A stretch of DNA of 64,000 nucleotides from an uncultured Candidatus Saccharibacteria bacterium. GTDB taxonomy: Bacteria > Patescibacteriota > Minisyncoccia > Phycocordibacterales > Phycocordibacteraceae. How positions within the stretch are numbered: position 1 is the stretch's first letter; the number at the start of each line of letters is the position of its first letter. The translations under genes and the position numbers were made by a program. The DNA lies in contig CAZZAT010000002.1 in NCBI GenBank assembly GCA_964652615.1, positions 7,296 to 71,295 of the forward strand, given 5' to 3'. Positions 8,073-16,827 of the stretch are shown here, piece by piece. The notes beneath the pieces are model-generated. The model did no database searches and had not been told where the DNA came from. It worked only from the letters and a program-made list of their open reading frames with translations.

Positions 8073-11000
8073 TTAGAGCGGCTTTACGTTCTCAAGGGCA
8101 AGCGATATTTCTCCATTTCTTGAGGAAACTTTTGCCTTTATCAGCATGCAATTGCCGGCCGATAGAAGCTTGGCATGTTCCTTGAAAAGGCGCGGGAAGG
8201 CCACTGCTTCAATAGATCCTGTCTTATCCTCAAGCTTTAGAAACGCCATCTTCTCGCCGCCCTTGGTGAGTATCGCGCGCGCCTCAGTAATAAGGACAGG
8301 GAGTATGAGTGTCATGCCGACCACCGGTTCTTCAAGGAGCGCTGCAATCGTCGTACCTGCTTTCGATGACTTCTCGGCATGCGCATCAAGCGGATGCCCG
8401 GAGACATAGATACCAAGCAGTTCTTTTTCCCATGCAAGCTTGTCGATAAGGGAGGTAACGGAGTCTGCAGAAGGCAGGGTAAGCGTGGGCGGGGCAACGG
8501 CGCCAAACAAAGAGTCTTGCGCTTGGGGTGCTGTTGCGTCCCGATGGAAAGTGAGCAGGGTCTCGATGTGCGCAATGAGATGCGAGCGTTCGCCAAGCGC
8601 ATCAAGCGCACCGCACTTAATCAAGGACTCAAGCGACTTCTTATTCAGATTCTTCGATCCGATACGAACGAGAAACTCCGAAAGGGAAGCAAACGGACCC
8701 CTCTCACGCTCTTGCATGATACTTTCTGCAATACCTTCGCCAAAGTTCTTAATTGAAGAGAGGCCGAAGCGTATCTTTGTTCCCGCATCAACGATGGTAA
8801 AGGTAGAGCGACTTTCGTTGACGTCTGGAGGAAGCACTGGTATCGAAAGGCGCTCGCATTCAGCGGCAAGCACGGCAATCTTCTCAACATCGCCCGCGTC
8901 TGCGGTAAGAAGAGCGGCCATGTATTCAACAGGGTAGTTGGCCTTCATATAGGAAGTCTGATACGCCACTTTGCCGTAGCTTGCTGCGTGTGAGTTGTGC
9001 ACAATGATGTCGTTTGCAATGAAGTTTTGAAGAACAGACACAGAGAGGTCGTAGGTCATTTCTTCTCCATCAGGTTCAATACTGCGGATTTCATCCCAAA
9101 ACACGTCGCTTCTTGCATGCTCGGCAAGCGTCTTTGAAGAGAGGGCTACAGCAGTTTTCTCAAGCACTGCACGCGTATATCCGCGCTTTCGTGTGTCTTC
9201 ATAGAAAAGGCGTTCTGAAAGATTTGTACATCGTGCAAGTTCTGCTATAGGCACTCCTTGCCGTGCAGCTTCTGCACGTATGTGTTCGAGTATCTGCGCC
9301 GGAACAGTATCTGCTGTTCCTCGTCCTCGTGCATTGGTCCGTACGGAACAAAGGCGCACCAAAAGTGCGAGCGAATCGCGTTTTGTTCCGATAAGGTGTG
9401 CGCCAGCAGTTTTTTCAAACCGTGTAAGATTTTCTATACCCGTAACGGTAACGGTATACCCGATACGCAAGCTCCCGCGATACCAAAATTGTTTACGATG
9501 TATCGTTGAAAGTATTGAAAGGCGAAGAAGTACATGCTGTACGTCGTGCGCAAGGTGCTTAGAGCTGGTCGCATAGAACACCTGCTGATTTTTGAGGGAA
9601 ATAGCTCCATCTCCCTGCCACATCTTCCCGAGCATGAGTGCAAGAGAATCGTTGTTCCAGGTAAGCACTGAATCAGGAATTTCTTTCTCTGTAGCGCGCT
9701 TCCCTCGAATACCAAGTCTCTCTGCCCATACAAGCATGCCATTTTGTTCTTTCTGGGTACGTCTGCCTACATATGCGCTTATAGCAGCTTTTGAACGATT
9801 TAAGGTCACTTGTGTGCCCGGGAAGCAGAGCGCTGCACGCGAGAAATCTGCAATCTCATTTTCCTGTGTCGAGTACATGTATAAACCATGCGGATGGCAC
9901 AGATTTCCCTCCGAGAGCAAATATCCAAGCGCTGCCGCTTCGTGTGCTGGGGCTGCACAGGATTCCGTTGGTTCGGGGAGATGGCGTGGAACAGCGATAC
10001 GTGCGCCAGCAGACAGCTCGCCAAGCGGGCGCCACCCTGCAAATGTGAGCAGAGGATGATTGTCTGTTGCACGAATAGTACGGCCGGAACGGGTGGTAAG
10101 GCGGAAGACACGCTTTACGCCATTTTCTCTAACCCAAGAGCCTTGTCCCTCTACAAGCTTCTGGCCTTTCGACAAAGCGAGTACGGGCACTTTACCTTTC
10201 GTTTCAATAAGGGTTTTCAGTGATGTGCGAGAACCTGTTTTTGGATTGTAAATACACGTATCACCCGTTAAGCACTTATTAAACCCATACGCTGCAAAGG
10301 GTTCGATAAGTTTCCAAAGCTCTTCCGCACGCTTTTGTGGGAGCTTTCCATGCTCTACAAAGCCACTAATAAGCTTCTCGCGTTCCGCTTCCATCACTTC
10401 CGGAATCTTCTTACCCATCGCTTTGCGGAGCATGTCTGCCTGAAGCCACGAATAGCCGCCAAGCGTAATCGAGGTCAAAAGCACGTCGTCTTGGTACACC
10501 AGAAGGCCGTAGGAAGCGTCGAGGTAGTCTTTCATGCGCTCATCCATATACGTAATGAGCTTCGGGTTTCGTTTGCGCTCGATGTACTGCGGGATGGTTT
10601 CGATAGGGCCGGGGCGATAGAGCGCCACCATAGCGTTGATGTCATGGATGGTTGTAGGCCGGAGTTCCTTCAGATACCGAGTCATGCCCGAGCCGTTTAA
10701 CTGGAAGGTGCCTTCTGTTTCTCCGCGCGCAAGCATGGCAAAAGTCTTCTCGTCATCAAGCGGCACGTTTTCAATATCAATGACGATGCCGCGCGTTTCT
10801 CGCACGCGCTCCACCGAGTCTGCGAGAATGGCGAGGTTCTTGATGCCAAGGAAGTCGAACTTCAAAAGGCCCGCATCCTCAATGGAATGCATATCGTACT
10901 GGGTGATAAGCTTGCCTGTTTTTTGGTCGGTCTGAAGCGAGGTCCACTCGGTCAGCGGCGTAGGGGAAATAACGACGCCAGCGGCATGTACGCCCGTGTG

Positions 11001-12491
11001 GCGGGCAGAACCTTCAATACGCCGTGCAAGATCAATAATTTCCTTCACATCATCATCTTCTTGGTAGAGCTGCTTCAACTCTTCTTCCATCGTAAGCGCG
11101 CGGTCAATAGTCATAGGGAATCCTTGAGAGCCAAGGGGAATGAGCTTTGCAATGCGATCTCCCGTGCCGTATGCGTGTCCCAAAGCGCGCGCAACGTCGC
11201 GCACTGCCGCTCGCGCAAGCATGGTTCCAAAGGTGCCTATCTGCGCAACGTGGTCTTCACCATACTTTCTTTTTGCGTACGCAATCATCTCGTCGCGCCT
11301 ATCGTCGGCGAAGTCCATGTCGATGTCGGGCGCTGACGGACGCTCGGGGTTCAAGAAGCGCTCAAACGGCAGCTTGTATTTCATCGGGTCTACGTTGGTA
11401 ATGCGGGCAAGATAGGTAACTAGCGATCCTGCAACCGAGCCGCGAATGGTGGTTAGGATGTGGTTTTCGTGAGCGAAGTTGAGAAGGTCGGATACAACAA
11501 GGAAGTAAGGCGCATAACCCTTTTGCTTGATGACCGAGAGCTCGTATTCAATGCGTTTTTCAACTTCCGGTGTCTTCTCCATGCCGCGTGCAGACAATCC
11601 TGCATAGGCTTTTGCCCGAAGTTCTTCGTCGTGGTCGCTAAATCCTTCAGAGACCGCAAGCGCAGGGAACACCCATTTGCCAAGTTCAAATTCAAGAGTG
11701 CAGCGCTCTGCTATTTCTCCTGAACGGTCGACTGCCTCTCCCATATCTTTGAACCATGCGCGCATATTCTTTTCGGATACAAACGAGAAGTCTTCCTTTT
11801 CGTTGTATCCTTCGCTTCCTTGCTGGATGCGCCGCAATACCGCACATGCTTCGCGGTCATCAGGGGAGAGGTAGTACACATCATGCTGCGCAACGAGCGG
11901 CACGCCGCTTTCTTGCGAGAGCTTCTTAATCTGTTCCATCTTTTGCGCGTGCCCTTCTACCGATGGGTGGTGCGTAATTTCAAGGAAGACATTTTCTTTT
12001 CCGAAGATGCTTTGCCAATGAGCAAGAGCGGCCGCAGCTCCTTTTGCGTCGCCTCGTGAAAGCAATTGTGACGTGTCTCCTGCAAAAGAAGGAATGAGCG
12101 CAATGAGTCCTTTCGCATGTTTTTGCAGAAGCTCGCGGTCCATGCGCGGGCGCTCAAAAAAGCCATCGGTATACGAAGCAGTCACAAGCGCAAGCAAGTT
12201 CTTATACCCTTCCTGATTTTCAACAAGAAGCACGAGGCGCGAGCGCTTTTCATCTCGGTCGTGCACTAATCGTGATGCGGGAGCGATATAGGCATCAACA
12301 CCAAGCACTGCTTTAATGCCCGCCTTCTTCGCTTCTTTATAAAACTCAATTGCGCCATGCAGGTTGCCTTCATCGGTTAGGGCAAGCGCTTCCATGCCTT
12401 CCTTTTTTGCAGCCTCGACAAGCTCAGGCACTTTCGGAAGGGCTTTTAAGAAAGAGTAGTGGCTGTGGGTGTGTAGGTGAACGAATGCCAT
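8073..12491 (-). CDS. dnaE: DNA polymerase III alpha subunit (DnaE) interrupted by an in-frame intein
   Basis: An N-terminal PHP domain (MAFVHLHTHSHYSF), a polymerase core and a C-terminal OB fold. The conserved GFNK|SHAASY motif is split by a 427-aa insertion. Confidence 0.9.
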   Translation of the reverse strand: MAFVHLHTHSHYSFLKALPKVPELVEAAKKEGMEALALTDEGNLHGAIEFYKEAKKAGIKAVLGVDAYIAPASRLVHDRDEKRSRLVLLVENQEGYKNLLALVTASYTDGFFERPRMDRELLQKHAKGLIALIPSFAGDTSQLLSRGDAKGAAAALAHWQSIFGKENVFLEITHHPSVEGHAQKMEQIKKLSQESGVPLVAQHDVYYLSPDDREACAVLRRIQQGSEGYNEKEDFSFVSEKNMRAWFKDMGEAVDRSGEIAERCTLEFELGKWVFPALAVSEGFSDHDEELRAKAYAGLSARGMEKTPEVEKRIEYELSVIKQKGYAPYFLVVSDLLNFAHENHILTTIRGSVAGSLVTYLARITNVDPMKYKLPFERFLNPERPSAPDIDMDFADDRRDEMIAYAKRKYGEDHVAQIGTFGTMLARAAVRDVARALGHAYGTGDRIAKLIPLGSQGFPMTIDRALTMEEELKQLYQEDDDVKEIIDLARRIEGSARHTGVHAAGVVISPTPLTEWTSLQTDQKTGKLITQYDMHSIEDAGLLKFDFLGIKNLAILADSVERVRETRGIVIDIENVPLDDEKTFAMLARGETEGTFQLNGSGMTRYLKELRPTTIHDINAMVALYRPGPIETIPQYIERKRNPKLITYMDERMKDYLDASYGLLVYQDDVLLTSITLGGYSWLQADMLRKAMGKKIPEVMEAEREKLISGFVEHGKLPQKRAEELWKLIEPFAAYGFNKCLTGDTCIYNPKTGSRTSLKTLIETKGKVPVLALSKGQKLVEGQGSWVRENGVKRVFRLTTRSGRTIRATDNHPLLTFAGWRPLGELSAGARIAVPRHLPEPTESCAAPAHEAAALGYLLSEGNLCHPHGLYMYSTQENEIADFSRAALCFPGTQVTLNRSKAAISAYVGRRTQKEQNGMLVWAERLGIRGKRATEKEIPDSVLTWNNDSLALMLGKMWQGDGAISLKNQQVFYATSSKHLAHDVQHVLLRLSILSTIHRKQFWYRGSLRIGYTVTVTGIENLTRFEKTAGAHLIGTKRDSLALLVRLCSVRTNARGRGTADTVPAQILEHIRAEAARQGVPIAELARCTNLSERLFYEDTRKRGYTRAVLEKTAVALSSKTLAEHARSDVFWDEIRSIEPDGEEMTYDLSVSVLQNFIANDIIVHNSHAASYGKVAYQTSYMKANYPVEYMAALLTADAGDVEKIAVLAAECERLSIPVLPPDVNESRSTFTIVDAGTKIRFGLSSIKNFGEGIAESIMQERERGPFASLSEFLVRIGSKNLNKKSLESLIKCGALDALGERSHLIAHIETLLTFHRDATAPQAQDSLFGAVAPPTLTLPSADSVTSLIDKLAWEKELLGIYVSGHPLDAHAEKSSKAGTTIAALLEEPVVGMTLILPVLITEARAILTKGGEKMAFLKLEDKTGSIEAVAFPRLFKEHAKLLSAGNCMLIKAKVSSRNGEISLALENVKPL
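8994..10274 (-). mobile_element. Intein (427 aa) with LAGLIDADG-like homing endonuclease domain in dnaE
   Basis: Spans aa 740-1166 of DnaE. It starts with Cys1 (CLTGDTCIY, block A), has a TxxH block B (TDNH), LAGLIDADG-like motifs (LGYLLSEGNL and LALMLGKMWQGDGAI), and ends in VHN followed by a Ser +1 extein residue. Codons verified: 10272-10274 revcomp tgc (Cys) and 8994-8996 revcomp aac (Asn). Confidence 0.8.
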
Positions 12492-12511
12492 ACCTTCAGT
12501 ATACTTTTTCC

Positions 12512-13105
12512 ATGAAATATCTGCTCGGTGTGGATGAGGCAGGCAGAGGACCGCTTGCGGGCCCTGTTGCCGTGGGGGTTGTTGCGGTTCAAGAAGGCTT
12601 TGACATCCTTGCTGCGTTTCCTGGCCTAAACGACTCTAAAAAGCTCTCCGAAAAGAAACGCGAAGCATTGTATGAACTATTGCTTGTAGAAGGTAAGAGG
12701 GGAACTGTGCGCGCAACGGTATGCTTTGGAAGCGAGAAGACTATCGATGAGCGGGGCATTGCATACGCTGTCTTTAGCGCGCTCTCGCGCGGCGTACGTT
12801 CGCTCGCACCTCGACCTGAAGAAGTGAAGATAGTTCTTGATGGCTCACTTCGCGCTCCGAAAGCGTATGCGCAAGAAACTATTATCGGAGGCGACGCTTC
12901 TGTACCTGCCATCATGCTTGCCTCTGTTGCGGCAAAAGTTGCGCGCGACCGTCTCATGCACAAACTTTCAGCGGCATATCCGCAGTATGGATTTGAGACG
13001 CACAAAGGGTATGGGACCAAGGCGCACTTTGCCGCTATTGAAGAACACGGGCTCTCTCCAATACACAGAAGAAGTTTCGTACATCTGGAAGAGAAGGGAA
13101 GATAG
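12512..13105 (+). CDS. rnhB: Ribonuclease HII
   Basis: MKYLLGVDEAGRGPLAGPV is the RNase HII signature; the ATG at 12512 lies downstream of the longer listed ORF and is divergent from dnaE. Confidence 0.85.
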   Translation: MKYLLGVDEAGRGPLAGPVAVGVVAVQEGFDILAAFPGLNDSKKLSEKKREALYELLLVEGKRGTVRATVCFGSEKTIDERGIAYAVFSALSRGVRSLAPRPEEVKIVLDGSLRAPKAYAQETIIGGDASVPAIMLASVAAKVARDRLMHKLSAAYPQYGFETHKGYGTKAHFAAIEEHGLSPIHRRSFVHLEEKGR

Positions 13106-13145
13106 GCGTATACTGCACGCTTTGTTCTTTTTGGGAGAAGTTTCC

Positions 13146-13406
13146 GTGCCTGAAAGCTACTACCAGCGGCGTGCCCGCATGCGCAAGGAGCTTGAAAGCA
13201 AAGGGGTGCCCTGCGCTTCGTGTCCGAAGTTCGCTCTTGTTACAAGACGCCACATGGTATTTTGTGAAGTAAACGCAGGTTCAGGGGATTCGCGGGTACC
13301 CTCTGAAATTAGCCTCATACAGGCAAAAGAGTGTCCAGGAGCAGAGCTTCGTGCTCTCTTTCTTGGCGCTCCCGCCCACTACAAAAGCCGCTCAGGGTCC
13401 TCCTGA
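13146..13406 (+). CDS. Hypothetical small protein (86 aa) with Cys residues (CASC...C...EC)
   Basis: A GTG preceded by GGGAGAAG; the stop lies inside a terminator hairpin; it is the in-frame tail of the listed ORF 12837-13406. Weak call. Confidence 0.25.
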   Translation: MPESYYQRRARMRKELESKGVPCASCPKFALVTRRHMVFCEVNAGSGDSRVPSEISLIQAKECPGAELRALFLGAPAHYKSRSGSS

Positions 13407-13425
13407 GCGGTTCTTCTTTGCTTTT
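13388..13425 (+). terminator. Intrinsic terminator
   Basis: ccgctcagg-gtcct-cctgagcgg followed by ttcttctttgctttt. Confidence 0.5.
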
Positions 13426-13460
13426 GGACACGAGAAAGGCTCTGTGGTAAGGTAGCCCTC

Positions 13461-13814
13461 ATGTCCGTACGAATGCGCCACACCAGCTCGCATACGAGAA
13501 ACCGCCGAAGCCACCATGCTTTGAAGAACCGCGTTATCTTGAAAAACGAGGACGGTACGTCACGCCTTCCACACCGCATCGACGAAGCTACCGGCATGTA
13601 CCGCGGCAAGCAGATTGTCGAAAAACGCATCGTCAAGGAAAAGAAGAAGGATCATGAGAAGCGCCTCGCAGAGCACAAGCATGAGCACCCTGAAGGCGAA
13701 AAGGCCCCTATTCATACCGAAAAGGTTGAGGATGCTCCAAAGAAAGCTGGCGTTCTCGGTCGCGTCATGAAAGACAGAGCTCGCTCACGAAGCGGCATGG
13801 GCGGAGGAGCGTAA
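13461..13814 (+). CDS. rpmF: Ribosomal protein bL32 with a long Lys/Glu-rich C-terminal extension
   Basis: N-terminus MSVRMRHTSSHTRNRRSHHALK and the HRIDEATGMYRGKQIV motif match bL32; a KKKDHEKRLAEHKHEHPEGEK tail follows. Confidence 0.8.
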   Translation: MSVRMRHTSSHTRNRRSHHALKNRVILKNEDGTSRLPHRIDEATGMYRGKQIVEKRIVKEKKKDHEKRLAEHKHEHPEGEKAPIHTEKVEDAPKKAGVLGRVMKDRARSRSGMGGGA

Positions 13815-13838
13815 GCTTTCTTTTCCACATACTGTGCA

Positions 13839-13869
13839 CAGGAACGCGCGCCAAAGGCGCGCGTTCCTG
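13839..13869 (+). terminator. Strong hairpin (14-bp stem) after rpmF
   Basis: caggaacgcgcgcc-aaa-ggcgcgcgttcctg; the T-tract is weak. Confidence 0.45.
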
Positions 13870-13889
13870 CTACCGTGTACTTTAGATAC

Positions 13890-14786
13890 ATGGCAAACAG
13901 GCACCTTGCACGCTCGGTTGTTCTTCAGACCCTCTTTGAGTGGGATAGTGTTTCTGTACCGGAAGCCGAGGTGCCTGCCATTTTAGAGCGAAACGCCGCA
14001 GAATTTGGAGGCTCGGATACGGATAAGCCGTTCATGCAGGAGCTTCTCTCCGGAGTGCTTGCAAAGCATACCGATCTTGATGCCATCATCGTTAAGGCAG
14101 CGCCTGACTGGCCCCTTGAACGCATCGCTCCCATAGACCGCAATATTCTGCGCATCGGCCTCTACGAACTTCTCTTTTCTGATAGAGCGCAAGTGCCTCC
14201 TAAGGTTGCTATTAACGAAGCGATTGAGCTTGCAAAAGTGTTTGGCGGAGACTCCTCCGGAAGATTTATTAACGGCGTTTTGGGTGCGGTATATAAAGAG
14301 CTTGGAGAACCAGGCAAAGACGAGCAAGGAAAGAAAGAGAAGCAATCGCGCAAAGAACTCCCGCTTGAAAATCTTGCAGGCGCTATTGTCTACGCATACC
14401 ACGACGGCCAATACTATCTCGCGCTCGTTCATGACGTCTTTGGACGCTGGACGCTTTCAAAGGGCCATATTGGCGAAGGAGTAGCGCCTAAAGACGGCGT
14501 TGCAAAAGTGGTTAAAGATGAGATAGGGCTAGAAGGGAAGGTACTAGAGCAAATTGGCGAGAATGAGTACGTTGCTTCGCATCCCGAGAAAGGAAAAGTG
14601 CGAAAGCATGTGTACTTCTTCCTCGTTGAAGCTCCGTATGAGACGCTCGAACTTAAAAAGAGCGGCGGCCTCGATGATGCGAAGTGGTTTCGGCTCCCCG
14701 ACATCCTCGCCCTTAACTTCTATGACGACATGCTGCCGATAGTTACTGCAGCGGTGCAGAAGCTTTTGGATAAGAGTAGTGCTTAA
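13890..14786 (+). CDS. nusB: Transcription antitermination factor NusB fused to a C-terminal Nudix-like domain
   Basis: The N-terminal approximately 150 aa match NusB (LARSVVLQTLFEWD, INEAIELAKVFGGDSSGRFINGVLG). The C-terminal approximately 140 aa have a Nudix-like fold signature (GHIGEGVAPKDGVAKVVKDEIGLEG, with a degenerate Nudix box). Confidence 0.7.
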   Translation: MANRHLARSVVLQTLFEWDSVSVPEAEVPAILERNAAEFGGSDTDKPFMQELLSGVLAKHTDLDAIIVKAAPDWPLERIAPIDRNILRIGLYELLFSDRAQVPPKVAINEAIELAKVFGGDSSGRFINGVLGAVYKELGEPGKDEQGKKEKQSRKELPLENLAGAIVYAYHDGQYYLALVHDVFGRWTLSKGHIGEGVAPKDGVAKVVKDEIGLEGKVLEQIGENEYVASHPEKGKVRKHVYFFLVEAPYETLELKKSGGLDDAKWFRLPDILALNFYDDMLPIVTAAVQKLLDKSSA

Positions 14787-14845
14787 AAGTTGCTTTTCTT
14801 TATAGCGTTAGCTATTCTCGATGTCGGTTACCAAGGGAGCGACCG

Positions 14846-15013
14846 ATGCAGGAACAGAAGCTTTCAGATCGGCTTCTTGAAGACGCGATTGTATACGAAG
14901 CGACCATGCAGCAGCATCTCGAACAGGAAGAGTTCGGCAAGGCAGAAATCTTCGAGTCCGCCCGAGACGAAACGTTTGATGCTGCGCTCGCGGCAGAGCG
15001 GCAAGGAACGTAG
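14846..15013 (+). CDS. Small acidic ORF (55 aa), not in the ORF track
   Basis: An ATG preceded by AAGGGAG, followed 12 nt later by a terminator; sequence MQEQKLSDRLLEDAIVYEATMQQHLEQEEFGKAEIFESARDETFDAALAAERQGT. Confidence 0.25.
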   Translation: MQEQKLSDRLLEDAIVYEATMQQHLEQEEFGKAEIFESARDETFDAALAAERQGT

Positions 15014-15025
15014 TAGATACAAAGC

Positions 15026-15052
15026 GAACGCGTACGAAATTCGTACGCGTTC
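15026..15052. terminator. Bidirectional terminator formed by a 27-nt palindrome between convergent genes
   Basis: gaacgcgtacgaa-a-ttcgtacgcgttc is a perfect inverted repeat with 13-nt arms. Confidence 0.55.
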
Positions 15053-15056
15053 ATTG

Positions 15057-15578
15057 TTACTTACCGCGCAGGTGCGGCACGCCTTCGACTCTTATTCGAA
15101 CCTGAACTCCGTTGTGTTCGGTCGGATACGTTCCTTCTGGGACTTCGCAATACAGCCAGATAGAGACGTAATAGCTCGTCCCGTTTCTGCCGATGCCGCT
15201 TCCCATAAAGCTGTTCTTCCAGGGTTCTTGGGTTTTGAACTTTTCATCCAGTTGGTCTCGCGCTGCCAGAGCTTCTTTTCTAGTCGCTGCGTATTGGCGG
15301 AGTTTCGGGAATATGAGCTTAACGACTGCGACACTGAATAGATAGCATATGAATGAAACAGCGAGAGGCGCAAACGCGACAAACGGCAGTCGCGAGAACA
15401 AAACTGCCACTGTGAGGATTAGCATCAGCGGAATGGCCCATATTGCTATAAGAACGCATTGGGCACCCGCTCGGTACCATTCGCCGTAAAGGACATTGTC
15501 TTTGTTCATTTCTTCAATGAGGCGGTATTGGCTGTTGAAGGGCCAGAACCAGTCATTGTATTGAGGGCGCAAATCCAT
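15057..15578 (-). CDS. Hypothetical membrane protein (2 TM)
   Basis: An internal ATG (MDLRPQYNDWFW...) is preceded by AAGGAGGAG. The longer listed ORF would overlap the rnc start. Confidence 0.55.
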   Translation of the reverse strand: MDLRPQYNDWFWPFNSQYRLIEEMNKDNVLYGEWYRAGAQCVLIAIWAIPLMLILTVAVLFSRLPFVAFAPLAVSFICYLFSVAVVKLIFPKLRQYAATRKEALAARDQLDEKFKTQEPWKNSFMGSGIGRNGTSYYVSIWLYCEVPEGTYPTEHNGVQVRIRVEGVPHLRGK

Positions 15579-15677
15579 ATGCTCCTCCTTTCCATGCGAA
15601 CGGTAGCATGGCTCCATGAGAGCACCAAGTCGCAGGCCCCGCTTTATTTTTACCCGCAAGTAGGTCATAGTCTTCGT

Positions 15678-16361
15678 ATGGATTTCGCCACATACGCTAA
15701 GAAGCTCGGGCTTTCCTTCGCCAACCTCGACTTGCTTGAGGAGGCTTTGACGCACCGCTCGTACTTGAACGAGCATAAGAGCGCAAAGGCGCACAACGAG
15801 CGCCTTGAGTTTCTTGGAGACGCAGTCCTAGAACTCTCCGCTACTCGCTTTTTGTTTGACACGTATCCAGATAAGCCGGAAGGGGATTTGACCTCGTATC
15901 GTGCTGCGCTTGTGAATACCTACTCTATTTCAGAAGTGGCAGAAGCGCTTGGTATAAACGACATGCTGCTTCTTTCAAAAGGAGAGAAGCGCGATACGGG
16001 CCGTGCGCGCCAGATAATCCTTGCAAACGCATTTGAAGCGGTTGTGGGCGCCCTGTATCTCGACCAAGGGTATGAAGCAGCAGACGCGTTTCTTGGTAAG
16101 CACCTCTATCCAAAACTCGAAGGCATCATCAAGAAAGGCGCGTACCAAGATGCGAAGAGTCGCTTCCAAGAAGCAGCACAAGACAAACAGAGTGTTACCC
16201 CAAGCTATAAAACCATCCGCGAAGACGGTCCCGATCATGACCGTGAGTTCACCGTTGGTGTGTATTTGAAAAATGAAGAAGTGGCGAGAGGTTTAGGGAA
16301 GAGCAAGCAGGAAGCAGAGCAGAACGCTGCTGCAGTTGCTCTTGACAAGAAGGGTTGGTAA
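15678..16361 (+). CDS. rnc: Ribonuclease III
   Basis: Carries the RNase III signature HRSY...NERLEFLGDAVLEL and a C-terminal dsRBD. Confidence 0.9.
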   Translation: MDFATYAKKLGLSFANLDLLEEALTHRSYLNEHKSAKAHNERLEFLGDAVLELSATRFLFDTYPDKPEGDLTSYRAALVNTYSISEVAEALGINDMLLLSKGEKRDTGRARQIILANAFEAVVGALYLDQGYEAADAFLGKHLYPKLEGIIKKGAYQDAKSRFQEAAQDKQSVTPSYKTIREDGPDHDREFTVGVYLKNEEVARGLGKSKQEAEQNAAAVALDKKGW

Positions 16362-16414
16362 GATATAATACAAAGCGAACCTCGGCGTTGTGTCGAGGAA
16401 AAGAGGGGGCCGAA

Positions 16415-16768
16415 ATGGGCTTTCTTGAAAATCTGAACTGGGTTGTCTTTGCTTCGCTTAGCGTTGGCGCCGCCCTCATCTCGTGGGGGTGGACGCTCAC
16501 GAAGGTGCTATCTTCGTCGGGTAAAACGTGGGCGGAACCCGGCTATCTTACGGTGCGCCTGCCTGCGCTCTGGATGCTCTGCACAACAATGGCGTTTGCC
16601 TTCGTGGTTCCAGCGGCGTATTTCGCGCTCTTTGTGGACTACGTCGTTCCTCGCGAGTACGTGCAGTATGTCGTCTTTGGCGCCATACTTTCACTTTGCG
16701 CGGCGCTTATGTTTGCACTCGGAGCACTCCTTGTGTTCTTGGCGCCAGACGAAGCAAAAACCTTATAA
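16415..16768 (+). CDS. Hypothetical membrane protein (4 TM)
   Basis: An ATG after AGAGGGGG; hydrophobic throughout. Confidence 0.5.
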   Translation: MGFLENLNWVVFASLSVGAALISWGWTLTKVLSSSGKTWAEPGYLTVRLPALWMLCTTMAFAFVVPAAYFALFVDYVVPREYVQYVVFGAILSLCAALMFALGALLVFLAPDEAKTL

Positions 16769-16775
16769 ACGACAG

Positions 16776-16806
16776 CGGGGATTCCTGAAAAGGAATCCCC
16801 GTTTTG
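16776..16806 (+). terminator. Intrinsic terminator
   Basis: cggggattcct-gaaa-aggaatccccg followed by ttttg. Confidence 0.65.
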
Positions 16807-16827
16807 CATACGGTATACTATTTCCTA

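Noticed and set aside
12837-13406. Full 189-aa ORF overlapping rnhB
   Set aside because: The 5' two thirds are in an alternate frame of rnhB. Only the non-overlapping tail (13146-13406) is retained, as a low-confidence small CDS.
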